DNA of 64,000 bases from positions 1,344,001-1,408,000 of the forward strand of contig CBDCOX010000002.1 of assembly GCA_965219995.1 (NCBI GenBank). Reading direction: 5' to 3'. Under the pieces are notes generated by a model. That model searched no databases and was not told the DNA's origin. It worked only from the letters and a program-made list of their open reading frames with translations. The number at the start of each line of letters is the position of its first letter. Position 1 is the stretch's first letter. Shown in pieces: positions 11,050 to 20,356 of this stretch. Source of the DNA: Candidatus Latescibacterota bacterium. Lineage in GTDB: Bacteria; Latescibacterota; UBA2968; GCA-2709665. Both the position numbers and the translations under genes were made by a program.

Positions 11050-11736
11050 ATGTGCGGGCGTTTCACGCAGATGATGACCTGGCGCGAACTCCACGAGCTC
11101 TACGCCCTTGCCGAACCCCTGGAGACGACGGACCCGCAGCCCCGATACAATGGCGCGCCCACACAGGACTTCTCGGTCTGCCGCCTGGACGAACACGGCA
11201 ACCGGGTGATCGCCAGGCTCCGCTGGGGCCTGGTGCCCAGGTGGGCGAAAGACATCAGAATGGGCGCGCGAATGATCAACGCACGGTCCGAAACCGTCCA
11301 CGAGAAACCGGCGTTCGGGGCCGCCTTCCGCTCGCGTCGGTGCCTGGTGCCGGCCGACGGCTGGTTCGAGTGGCAGCGCGCCGGGCACGGGAAACAGCCC
11401 TACTACCTGGCGCTCGCGGACGCATCGCCCCTGTCCTTCGCCGGGCTGTGGGAACGCTGGAACAAAGGCGGCGAGGCCCTCGAGTCCTTTTCCATCATCA
11501 CCACCACCGCGGACGAGCCGCTTGCGGAGATCCACCACCGGCAACCGGCCATCATCAATCCGGATCACTTCTCGACATGGCTCGACGACGCGTCATCCGA
11601 AAACACGCTCCTCGACCTGGCCCGCCAGCCCCGCGCGGGACCCTACGAAATCCGCGCCGTCAGCACGCGCGTCAACAGCGTCCGAAACGACGATCCGGAC
11701 ATTCTATCCCCAATATCCCAGCAGCAGCTGTTCTAA
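11050..11736 (+). CDS. SOS response-associated peptidase (SRAP; YedK/HMCES family, abasic-site crosslinking)
   Basis: ATG at 11050 after a GAAGGAG RBS. N-terminal MCGRF, RYNGAPTQ, WGLVP, INARSET, RRCLVPADGWFEW, HHRQP. Confidence 0.95.
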   Translation: MCGRFTQMMTWRELHELYALAEPLETTDPQPRYNGAPTQDFSVCRLDEHGNRVIARLRWGLVPRWAKDIRMGARMINARSETVHEKPAFGAAFRSRRCLVPADGWFEWQRAGHGKQPYYLALADASPLSFAGLWERWNKGGEALESFSIITTTADEPLAEIHHRQPAIINPDHFSTWLDDASSENTLLDLARQPRAGPYEIRAVSTRVNSVRNDDPDILSPISQQQLF

Positions 11737-12012
11737 GCGAACCGGTGACGTCAGGCGGCCGAGACCGGAACGCTGAATGTGACTACGTCACATAAGACAT
11801 AAAATATCAACAACATATATCCAACGTAGAATAGAGGTCGAGAAGGACCTCTATTCTCGTTTTGGGTTGACCCACTGCAAAACGGTTTGTATATAATGAA
11901 TGATCGAACCGACAATCCATTCGCACATTCGCTCGCGCCTCTCCATTCACCATCTTCGCAATCCTGACTGCTTTTCCGACCAGTTCCTTCCGCTTTTCCC
12001 CGGGTGTCCGAC

Positions 12013-13488
12013 ATGGCGAAAACGTGCATATATGCGGCAATCGTCGTCTGCATATGTACGGCCACGTGCCATGCCTACCGCCTCGTCGGGTCGGAAGCAC
12101 TGTCAGATGCCCTCGTCGCTCATCACTATTCCATCAACGCCACCCTCGACGCGGTCATCGTGGTTGATAAGACAATCCCGACTTTCGAGTACCAGACTTT
12201 CTATGCCATGGGTTCCGCTGATGAACCGGAGGGACAGCAGGGCGAACTTCATTTCCTTGAGCACATTATCGCAGATGCCGGCAGCCGCCCGCCGGGCGAA
12301 CTCGCAGAGTTGATTGGCGCCAATGGCGGACAATATCACGCAACTACAGACTTGAATCTTACCAATTTCAGGTTGAGATTCCCCAGGGACAAACTGCCGG
12401 TCGCGGTCGAGATAGACCGGGATGGATTCTACAGTACGGTGATCAACAATGAAGTTGTGGAAAAGCAACGACAAATTGTGTTGACTGAACTCAGAAGAAA
12501 CCTTGCCAGGTCGAGCAGGAGGTTTTCCAGTCAATTCTGGGGGATGGTCTACGGAAGAGACAAGCTCGAGGGCGTCGGCACCGAGGCACTGATAAATGAT
12601 ATCACGCCAGGGGACCTGAAACAACTCTTCCATAACGTCTTTCGCAGGAAAAGGCGTCTGATTGTGGTAATCGGCGATATTGACGTGGCTGACGTCCTCG
12701 CTAGATTGGTCGAGGCCTTTCCCGCCGGGAAGATGGAACCGAAACGTGGTTCTAGTTTATCACGGTTTCCAAGTCCCGATGTGCTGGGCGAGAGATATCA
12801 GAAGGAATTCGAACACATCAACAGGTCCAGGTTCAGAAAGACCTGGCACATACCCGAACTCGGCCATCCAGACTACGCAGGCGCAGTCATTCTGGCTTCG
12901 ATCCTGGAAAGGTCGTCAAACTCGCTACGGACCTCTCTGTTGGATTCTCAGATTGCGAGCAGTTTCAGTGTGTGGATTGACAGCCAAAGGGGATTCGGCC
13001 TATTGAGTCTCAATGCCGTGATGGCCCCGGTAGCATCCACCGAAGCTATCGAGAACGCGATTAGTGATACGTTAAATAAGATAAAGACACACGGAATCAC
13101 CGAAGATGAGCTCGAAGCGGCGAGGAATACCGAGTTGCGGCATCTATATTCCGAGTTTTACGACAGATCGGAACTGGCAAAGGGGTTCGGCGCGGCATTC
13201 GCACACACTGGCGACCCTCTTCTCTATGCGAGATTGGTCCCCCAGATCCGGCAGGTACTCGTCGACGACATTCAGCGAATTGTCAACGAACACTTCATCC
13301 AGGAGAACGCCATCACGCTTTCCTGGACAATGAAGGAGAAACACCCGCCGTGGGCCCAACTCGTCGTGGTTGTTGTCCTTATCTGCGTGCCTGGCGGGAT
13401 CCTGATAGCCGCAATCCGTGTTGTCAGAAAACGCACATCCGGCCGTGAGAATGTTGACGATGAAGAGACACGCAAATACCATTGTTAG
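12013..13488 (+). CDS. M16 (pitrilysin/insulinase) zinc peptidase, catalytic subunit, with signal peptide and C-terminal TM anchor
   Basis: HFLEH inverted zinc motif and a downstream E (IVLTEL). N-terminal signal peptide. C-terminal LVVVVVLICVPGGILIAAI followed by RVVRKR. Confidence 0.85.
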   Translation: MAKTCIYAAIVVCICTATCHAYRLVGSEALSDALVAHHYSINATLDAVIVVDKTIPTFEYQTFYAMGSADEPEGQQGELHFLEHIIADAGSRPPGELAELIGANGGQYHATTDLNLTNFRLRFPRDKLPVAVEIDRDGFYSTVINNEVVEKQRQIVLTELRRNLARSSRRFSSQFWGMVYGRDKLEGVGTEALINDITPGDLKQLFHNVFRRKRRLIVVIGDIDVADVLARLVEAFPAGKMEPKRGSSLSRFPSPDVLGERYQKEFEHINRSRFRKTWHIPELGHPDYAGAVILASILERSSNSLRTSLLDSQIASSFSVWIDSQRGFGLLSLNAVMAPVASTEAIENAISDTLNKIKTHGITEDELEAARNTELRHLYSEFYDRSELAKGFGAAFAHTGDPLLYARLVPQIRQVLVDDIQRIVNEHFIQENAITLSWTMKEKHPPWAQLVVVVVLICVPGGILIAAIRVVRKRTSGRENVDDEETRKYHC

Positions 13489-14803
13489 AATTGGGCTGTT
13501 CAGTGTTGTTTGCACGCTACCGGCACCCGCCCGCGTACCCAACCATCACGTATTCTATGAACGTGACTACCGTGCGCCGGTTACGACGCTGGAGATCGTC
13601 TTCCTGGGAGCCGGCAGGAGCGCGGTCGGCCCGTCAAAGACCGGACTGGCGGTCACGGCCGCCGCACTGATCGAGGATTATTCAAAAGAACATGGATACA
13701 CGGCTCGACTGGAAACATTAGGCGCACGGCTTAAAGTCAGAACGTATTTTCGATACCAGACGATGGACCTGTCCTGCTTGTCCGGGAATTTCGAAGCTTC
13801 CGTAGGAATCGTGAACGACCTGATGCGGCGGATGGCTGTCACGGGGCCCGCACTTGAAGAGACAAAGGGGAAATTACGCAGATCGTACGAGAAAACCGTA
13901 GATTCCGGCAGCCATGATATCCTGAGGAACTACGCGCTTGCACGGTCGGTCGGTGTAGGAAAATGGTTCTCACGGGAAGCAATGAAGCAAATCACATTGG
14001 AGGATGTCAGTGAGTACTGCGCACGGTTTCTGAACGCGGAAGTTGTGTTCTTCAAGGCAGTCTCGAACCTTGACTCCACGGAGGTCGACGCATCGCTTCG
14101 TCCAATCACGGGCGACCGCCGGCAAGAGGGTTTCGTCTGGTCGCCCGGAACACCGAAAGCCGAACGCCTTCCAGGGCACTCCGCGTTCGTGTTCGAGCAC
14201 TACTCGCATCTGAAGAACGTCTACTGTTACTGGCTCATCCCAATTGGAACGGTCGGCGAGGAAAATTACATTCCCAATATGGTGTCCTGGACGCTTGGAC
14301 GCGGTGGCACCCGCGGCTTGCTCTTCAAACAACTGCGTGAAGAGGCGGGACTGGTTTACGGTACATCCTGTTCCTATCTAAGTGAAGACGACGTCAGGTT
14401 CCTGGAGATTTCCGCCGACCCACGACTCGAAAACAGCGAGGAACTGTTGACAAGCGTGCAGGAGATGATCGTCGGGCTTGCCGACAGACCTGACTTCTGG
14501 ACCTCTATAGCGCAGTTGCGCGAGAACCCGGACGCCATCGAAGCCCATCTACATGGCGAATATGCGCCGCGGCGCAAGCTGAACCGTGCGGTCGACAGGG
14601 CCATCTTCAACTATCCTAGCCGGGCAGACGGCATCAAATCCGTCACGGATGCCGAGATACGGTCATTCCTCGAAAAATACTTTGTTACGGAGAATATGGT
14701 ATTGATGCTGTTCGGGCCGAAGGACCATATCATTGAAATTCTGGAAAGACATTGGCCGGATATCACGATTCACGTACAGCCCGTAGAGAAGGCTATCGAA
14801 TAG
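13460..14803 (+). CDS. M16 peptidase non-catalytic partner subunit
   Basis: Overlaps the upstream M16 gene. GLAVTAAALI replaces HxxEH; M16_C motif LFKQLREEAGLVY; signal peptide. Confidence 0.75.
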   Translation: MKRHANTIVRIGLFSVVCTLPAPARVPNHHVFYERDYRAPVTTLEIVFLGAGRSAVGPSKTGLAVTAAALIEDYSKEHGYTARLETLGARLKVRTYFRYQTMDLSCLSGNFEASVGIVNDLMRRMAVTGPALEETKGKLRRSYEKTVDSGSHDILRNYALARSVGVGKWFSREAMKQITLEDVSEYCARFLNAEVVFFKAVSNLDSTEVDASLRPITGDRRQEGFVWSPGTPKAERLPGHSAFVFEHYSHLKNVYCYWLIPIGTVGEENYIPNMVSWTLGRGGTRGLLFKQLREEAGLVYGTSCSYLSEDDVRFLEISADPRLENSEELLTSVQEMIVGLADRPDFWTSIAQLRENPDAIEAHLHGEYAPRRKLNRAVDRAIFNYPSRADGIKSVTDAEIRSFLEKYFVTENMVLMLFGPKDHIIEILERHWPDITIHVQPVEKAIE

Positions 14804-14823
14804 GCGACGCCCCCAACCCACCT

Positions 14824-16206
14824 ATGTCCCGCCCGCAATCGCCCTCCCGTCCCGAATCCACGCCCTCCGATCAGGCGCCGGTGCTTCCGCAGGTCTGGGC
14901 GATCGCATGGCCCGTGGTGGCCGCGTCGATGCTGGACGCCATGGAGGGGCTTGTCGACATTGCCATGGTTGGACAACTGGGTCCGGCCGCGATCTCGGCG
15001 GTGGGGCTGAGTCGCCAGGTCCTGTTCGTGATCATGGTCATGGCGATATCGGTCAGCACCGGATCCCGGACCCTCGTCGCGCAGTTCTACGGCGCGGGCA
15101 GGCACGGCGACCTCAGCCGTACGGCCCAGCAGGCCATCCTCATGGGAATTCTGCTTTCGGGGGGGCTGGCTCTCGTGGGGAGCATGATCGCACGGCCGGC
15201 ACTCGTCCTGCTCGGTGCACAGGAAGACGTGCTCGTCCACGCCGTGCCGTTCATGCGCGTCTACTTCGCTGGCATCGTCTTCATGATGCCCAACTACATC
15301 ATCGGCGGAATATTCGGCGGCGCCGGGGATACCCGGACGCCGTTGAAGATTTCCTGTCTCATCATCTGTCTGAAGATTCCGCTCTCCTACGGTCTGATCT
15401 TCGGGGCGTGGGGTCTGCCCCAACTGGGCGTGACCGGCGCGGCGCTGGGCAGTGTCGTCTGTCGGGCCGTCGGCTGCGCCATCGGCGTGTACCTGCTCAC
15501 GTCCGGACGGGCGCGGGTGCATATGCGGTGGAACTGGCGGCTTCCGTTCAACCGGGACATCATCGGTCGGATGATGCGCATCGGCGTGCCTGCGGGGATT
15601 CAGGGTTTCTTCCGCAACGGCGCCCGGATTCTGATCTATCGCGTTGTGGGATGGACGAGCCGGCCCACCGCTGCCACGGCCGCGCTCACCATCGGCTTGC
15701 AGATGCGGATGATCGGCATCATGCCGGCCCTTGCGTTTTCCGTGGCGGGCACCGCGCTGGTCGGGCAACGCCTGGGCGCGCGGCAGATCCGCGAAGCCGA
15801 ACGCTTCGCATTAAACACGATCCGGCTGTGCATGACGTTCATCACCGTTTGCGCCGTCCTCATCTGCGTCTTCGCGCGGGAGATCGTGGACCTGTTCACG
15901 GATTCGGCGGCGGTGATCGACATGGGAACCGTGATGCTCCTGTACTTTACGGTCGCACAGGTCTTTTCCGCGTTGTCCATCGTCGCCGGGGGCGTCCTGG
16001 CCGGCGGCGGTGAAACCAGGCCCCTGCTCTACTATACGATTGTGGCGCAGTGGCTGGTGATGCTGCCGCTCTCCTACGTCCTGGCGTTTCTGCTGAATAT
16101 GGATGCCGTGGGAATCTGGATCGCCTGGTTCATCGGCGGCGTCGCGCAGGGGATTCTGGCGTGGGCCCGGTATCGGAAGGGCGCGTGGAAGCAGACGGTC
16201 ATCTGA
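14824..16206 (+). CDS. MATE family efflux transporter
   Basis: IAWPVV...DIAMVGQLG, GAGDTRTPL, LGVTGAALGS, about 12 TM segments. Confidence 0.95.
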   Translation: MSRPQSPSRPESTPSDQAPVLPQVWAIAWPVVAASMLDAMEGLVDIAMVGQLGPAAISAVGLSRQVLFVIMVMAISVSTGSRTLVAQFYGAGRHGDLSRTAQQAILMGILLSGGLALVGSMIARPALVLLGAQEDVLVHAVPFMRVYFAGIVFMMPNYIIGGIFGGAGDTRTPLKISCLIICLKIPLSYGLIFGAWGLPQLGVTGAALGSVVCRAVGCAIGVYLLTSGRARVHMRWNWRLPFNRDIIGRMMRIGVPAGIQGFFRNGARILIYRVVGWTSRPTAATAALTIGLQMRMIGIMPALAFSVAGTALVGQRLGARQIREAERFALNTIRLCMTFITVCAVLICVFAREIVDLFTDSAAVIDMGTVMLLYFTVAQVFSALSIVAGGVLAGGGETRPLLYYTIVAQWLVMLPLSYVLAFLLNMDAVGIWIAWFIGGVAQGILAWARYRKGAWKQTVI

Positions 16207-16209
16207 TGC

Positions 16210-16388
16210 GAATGCGGGGCGACAATGCGAGATGATGTGGCTAAGCAAAGACGGGCGCCCACAAGGGACGCACCTACGCAGAGACCCGCCGCCTCGTCCG
16301 CCAGCCGCCTGCCGCGTTCGTAATCTGCGTCTCCCCTCGTCCTCCACGCCTCGTCCAACAGTTGCGCAATTTTCTGTATCCTTGACAT
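16210..16388 (-). pseudogene. Possible truncated TPR-like gene remnant
   Basis: ATG at 16388 with a purine-rich RBS. MSRIQKIAQLLDEAWRTRGDADYERGRRLADEAAGLC looks helical/TPR-like, then runs antisense into the MATE gene. Confidence 0.3.
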
Positions 16389-16417
16389 GTACACCCTTTC
16401 TCTCTGGCGACCGGGAA

Positions 16418-17164
16418 TTACCGTTTTCTCGGCGTGTAGAACAGCAGAGTACCGATCTGCTCGTATCCGATCGAGGCATACAATAGTGCGCCCGTATGGG
16501 TCGCGGTCAAGACGGCCAGCTGCGAGCCGTTCGACCGGTCGTCGCGCAACATTCCGCACATCAACGCCCGGCCGATCCCCCTGCGCCGGGCCGCGGGCGC
16601 GACGTGCATGTTCGAACACCACGTTGCGGAATCCACGACGATGCTCTGGACCCAGCCCACGGGCTGCCCGTCTTCCAGCGCGACGTATTGCCTGAGCAGA
16701 GCGTCCGGGGAAAGGTGTTCCGGCAGAATCTGCCTGATCCGCGTCGTCCGGTTCAATCTGTCCGCCAGTTCGGCCGTGAGGACACGCTCGATGGGCAGTG
16801 GATCCACGGCGCGGGGTATGCGCCGCAGACGATGCACCATGACCGGTTCTGTCGAATTCAGGCGATAATTCAAAGCTTTGAAGTCTGCCCTCAACCCCGC
16901 GTCGGATTCCCCCTCGGCGCAGATCGCGCAGATGCCGAACTGGCCCCGGGTGTTCCTCGTAGCCACCCTGTGGATCTCTTCCGCGTCAACGCCATGGGCG
17001 ATCCACTCCTCCCTGCGATAGGTGCCGCGCTTTCTCGGGGCATCCCTCACCACCCAGAGGGGACCCTCCCGGCTCGCGGGATATGGATGCGTAAAGCTCC
17101 TGGTAAAGCTGAAGCCGCGGGCGAAAACTTCCAGAGCCCGTTGCATGAGCGCGTTTTCGGGCAC
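16418..17164 (-). CDS. GNAT family N-acetyltransferase
   Basis: MHVAPAARRRGIGRALM acetyl-CoA motif; ATHTGALLYASIGY. Confidence 0.9.
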   Translation of the reverse strand: MPENALMQRALEVFARGFSFTRSFTHPYPASREGPLWVVRDAPRKRGTYRREEWIAHGVDAEEIHRVATRNTRGQFGICAICAEGESDAGLRADFKALNYRLNSTEPVMVHRLRRIPRAVDPLPIERVLTAELADRLNRTTRIRQILPEHLSPDALLRQYVALEDGQPVGWVQSIVVDSATWCSNMHVAPAARRRGIGRALMCGMLRDDRSNGSQLAVLTATHTGALLYASIGYEQIGTLLFYTPRKR

Positions 17165-17333
17165 GGTGTCCTATCTCCCCCGTATCGAAATCACATGAAC
17201 CGGGCAGTCGTCCGGCATGCGTCCAGATAAAACTGGACTGCGGCCGGGACGCCCCATAGTTTTCGAAGACAGCGGAAACGATCCTGTTTCAGAAACTTCG
17301 GAGAGTTTATAATCTAACGCGGTCTACCCTTCG

Positions 17334-17867
17334 ATGCAAAATACTCCTTCATCGCTCCCGGGGAAATCCCAATCGCGCCCGGCTCGTGCGGGCGGTCCAC
17401 GGCTTCGGCCCGGCGATCGTCTGGGGGTCGTTGCCGACTCCCACGGACTTATGAGACCGGAAGTGCTGGAACTCCTCAAGGACGTCCACGCGATCGTCCA
17501 CGCGGGCGACGTTGGGAAAATTCACGTCCTGGAGCAATTGGAGCGAATCGCGCCGGTGTACGCGGTCCGCGGCAACGTGGATCGGGTTCCGCCGTGCAGC
17601 GACCTCCCCGAAAACCTGGTGCTGTCCGCCGGCAGGAGTCGAATTCTGGTGACCCACGTCCTCGAAGACGCGGACGTCGCGGGTTTCGATCTGGTGGTGT
17701 GCGGCCATTCTCACAACCCGAAAATCAGCATGTCCGGATCGACGTGCTGCCTGAATCCGGGCAGTATCGGACCCCGTCGTTTCAAGCTGCCCGTCTCGAT
17801 GGGGTACATCACCCTATCCCCCGACGGTGCGCTGGTTCCACAACTGAGAACCGTGGAGATAGAATAG
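17334..17867 (+). CDS. YfcE/MJ0936-family metallophosphoesterase
   Basis: ADSHG, HAGDV, VRGNVD, TH, GHSH, NPGS motifs. Confidence 0.9.
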   Translation: MQNTPSSLPGKSQSRPARAGGPRLRPGDRLGVVADSHGLMRPEVLELLKDVHAIVHAGDVGKIHVLEQLERIAPVYAVRGNVDRVPPCSDLPENLVLSAGRSRILVTHVLEDADVAGFDLVVCGHSHNPKISMSGSTCCLNPGSIGPRRFKLPVSMGYITLSPDGALVPQLRTVEIE

Positions 17868-17908
17868 TGGTTCACCGGTTGACTTAAATCCGAGGAAGGA
17901 GTCCTGAA

Positions 17909-19579
17909 ATGAAGAGCGGTGACACGAAAGCGGATGGCACTCACGCCGACTGGGTCATTTCCCGAATGACCAGGCCACGTGAGTTGGAGGCTTCAGCCGA
18001 CGACATGCGAAAAAAAGGCGCGGGCGCGGAGGTCTGGGCGATGTTCATGGCGACGATACGGGGCGACCTGGATACGATTCAAAAGCTTGTCGAGTGCAAC
18101 CCGGACCTCCTCCGCTGCGTCCACTACTACACCCAGCCCATCAAGTTCGCGGTCCGGGAGGGTCACGCCGAGGTCGTGCGTTTCCTGTTGGATAACGGCG
18201 TGAGCCCCTTCTACCGGACCCGGATCTTCCACGAATCGCTGGTCGACCTGGCGGCGGACCGGGAACACGGAGAAATCGTCAGAATCCTTGAAGAGGCCAT
18301 CAGCAGAAAGAGCGGGGGCTACACCCGGGAGACGGAGCCCCTCGCAAACGAACTCCTCGAATCCGTCCGCACAAGGGATTACGAAAAGACGGCGCGTATT
18401 GTCCAAAATTCTCCCGAACGCGTCAGATTGAGCAACGCGAACGGGACGACGGCGCTCCACGAGGCGGTTGAAATTGGCGACTTCCACGCTGCGAAGCTGC
18501 TCCTGGACAACGGTGCAGACATTCAGGCCCAGGCGGGCACGGGCTTCAGCGTGGGCCGGAAGCCAATCCACGTGGCGCTCTATGCAGGATGGCGGGACCG
18601 GATTCTCATACGAAAGAAAGCGGCGCTGGCGGGCTATCTGGTCGGCCGGGGCGCGGACTACAATATTCTCGTTGCCGCCGCGTTCGGCGATACCCGGCGC
18701 GTCCGGGAGTTTCTGGACGCGGATCCCTCTCTTGCCAATTTTCGCGACACCTGCGACAGGCCGCCCATATCCATCGCGGCCGGCCGGGGCCATCACGACA
18801 TCGTGGAACTTCTGCTTGAACGAGGCGCCGATCCGAACGCGGCGGAACCGGACGCGCCCCGCGGCAAAGCCCTGCTGGAGGCCGTATTTCACGGCCATAT
18901 CGCCACCGCCGAACTGCTCCTCCATCACGGCGCGGACCCCAACGGCAACGTGGACTCGACAGGTACGGCATTTGTTCATGCCAGAAAGCACCCGGAACTC
19001 TATGAACGGATGAGATCACACGGCGGGAGGGAGGATATCATCCCGCCCATCCGCGGGGCGGTAAACGCCAACGACCTGGCAGCGGTGGACGAAATACTCA
19101 CACAGAATCCCGATGAGATCGTGGACGCGCCGCTGGGAAATCCCGCGAAGCGCGGCAGGTTGGAGATGGTGAAGCTTCTGCTGAAACACGGCGCCGTCGT
19201 ATCCGACGAGAATCACGCCGGCCTCTTCCGGGTCTACGAAACCGCGAAATTCTTCCTTGACAGGGGAGCAAATCCCAACTACAGAAACTGGCAGGGGATC
19301 ACTTCTCTCCACATGATCGCGCACGAGGGCGACGTTCAAAGAGCCGGCCTTCTGCTCGACTACGGTGCGGCAATCAATGCAATAGAACCGGAATACTGCG
19401 CCACGCCCCTCGGCCTGGCGTGCCGGGCGGGCCATGCGCCAATGGTCGAATTCCTCCTCGCGCGCGGGGCGGACGCCGGCCTTCCACGCGAGCATCCGTG
19501 GGCGCGGCCCGTCGCGTGGGCGGAGAAGAGGGGACACACGGCGATTGTGGGGTTGCTTCAGGCACACGGCGCCGGATAG
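17909..19579 (+). CDS. Ankyrin repeat protein
   Basis: Many ankyrin repeats (GTTALHEAV, GHHDIVELLLERGADPN, TPLGLACRAGH). RBS GAGGAAGGAG. Confidence 0.92.
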   Translation: MKSGDTKADGTHADWVISRMTRPRELEASADDMRKKGAGAEVWAMFMATIRGDLDTIQKLVECNPDLLRCVHYYTQPIKFAVREGHAEVVRFLLDNGVSPFYRTRIFHESLVDLAADREHGEIVRILEEAISRKSGGYTRETEPLANELLESVRTRDYEKTARIVQNSPERVRLSNANGTTALHEAVEIGDFHAAKLLLDNGADIQAQAGTGFSVGRKPIHVALYAGWRDRILIRKKAALAGYLVGRGADYNILVAAAFGDTRRVREFLDADPSLANFRDTCDRPPISIAAGRGHHDIVELLLERGADPNAAEPDAPRGKALLEAVFHGHIATAELLLHHGADPNGNVDSTGTAFVHARKHPELYERMRSHGGREDIIPPIRGAVNANDLAAVDEILTQNPDEIVDAPLGNPAKRGRLEMVKLLLKHGAVVSDENHAGLFRVYETAKFFLDRGANPNYRNWQGITSLHMIAHEGDVQRAGLLLDYGAAINAIEPEYCATPLGLACRAGHAPMVEFLLARGADAGLPREHPWARPVAWAEKRGHTAIVGLLQAHGAG

Positions 19580-19645
19580 CGGGATGTATCGATCCTGGAA
19601 GAGGGTGGCGGACGTGCGTGCCGACAGTCCGTTCGACCTCCCGGG

Positions 19646-20356
19646 TCAGCGACGTCGGCGGGAACCCCACCACCTGGCGATAGGAAATGGAACATAGACA
19701 AAAGAGAACATAGCCAGGCCGACGACATCGAGAACAGCGAGGTACCACGGCCAAGGGAGGAAGAAGAAGGGAGATACGGTGCCCCAGGGGGGCTCGGAGA
19801 GATACATGTAGTTCGCATCGCAGAGGTAATTGACAACCGCGACAACCGCCGCCAGTATGTGGAGCCCGGCAAACGCCCTCCAGAGCCCACCCCGCGTCGG
19901 CCGCATGTTCAGGCCCCACGTGGCGTACAGGACCCCCGCAACAATGCCGGAATGCGAAATGAAATACTGGAAGAATCGATACTGTGGAAAGTCAACCGCC
20001 AGGTTGCCCGGCGTGACAACCGCGTTCGCCGACCCGACCAGGCCCCAGAAGTAGGCGATCTCGTACACCTTCTGATTGCGAGTCAGCAGGGTGATCGACG
20101 TCAGAAAGATCGCGATACCGCACAGGTGGAGAGGCAGGAAATAACGCAGGAATATGTCGAGGCCATAGCCGGTAATCCGGAAGCCCCAGTGGATCAGCTC
20201 GTTGCCGAGGAGGAGGACCGCAAGCACAGATCCGATCGCGGCGGCCGTCCGAGGGCCGGCCCGCTTCGCGATCAGCGAGAGCAGCACCGGAAGGGCCACC
20301 GTTAGCGCCATCACGACCAGATGCGGCGGCCCGAACGTCCGAAAGCCGCCGGTCAA
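19646..20356 (-). CDS. YwaF/TIGR02206 (TMEM164-like) integral membrane protein
   Basis: TTG at 20356 overlaps the upstream stop. FGPPH, LPLHLC, YFISH, ANYMYL, PWPWY. Confidence 0.88.
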   Translation of the reverse strand: MTGGFRTFGPPHLVVMALTVALPVLLSLIAKRAGPRTAAAIGSVLAVLLLGNELIHWGFRITGYGLDIFLRYFLPLHLCGIAIFLTSITLLTRNQKVYEIAYFWGLVGSANAVVTPGNLAVDFPQYRFFQYFISHSGIVAGVLYATWGLNMRPTRGGLWRAFAGLHILAAVVAVVNYLCDANYMYLSEPPWGTVSPFFFLPWPWYLAVLDVVGLAMFSFVYVPFPIARWWGSRRRR

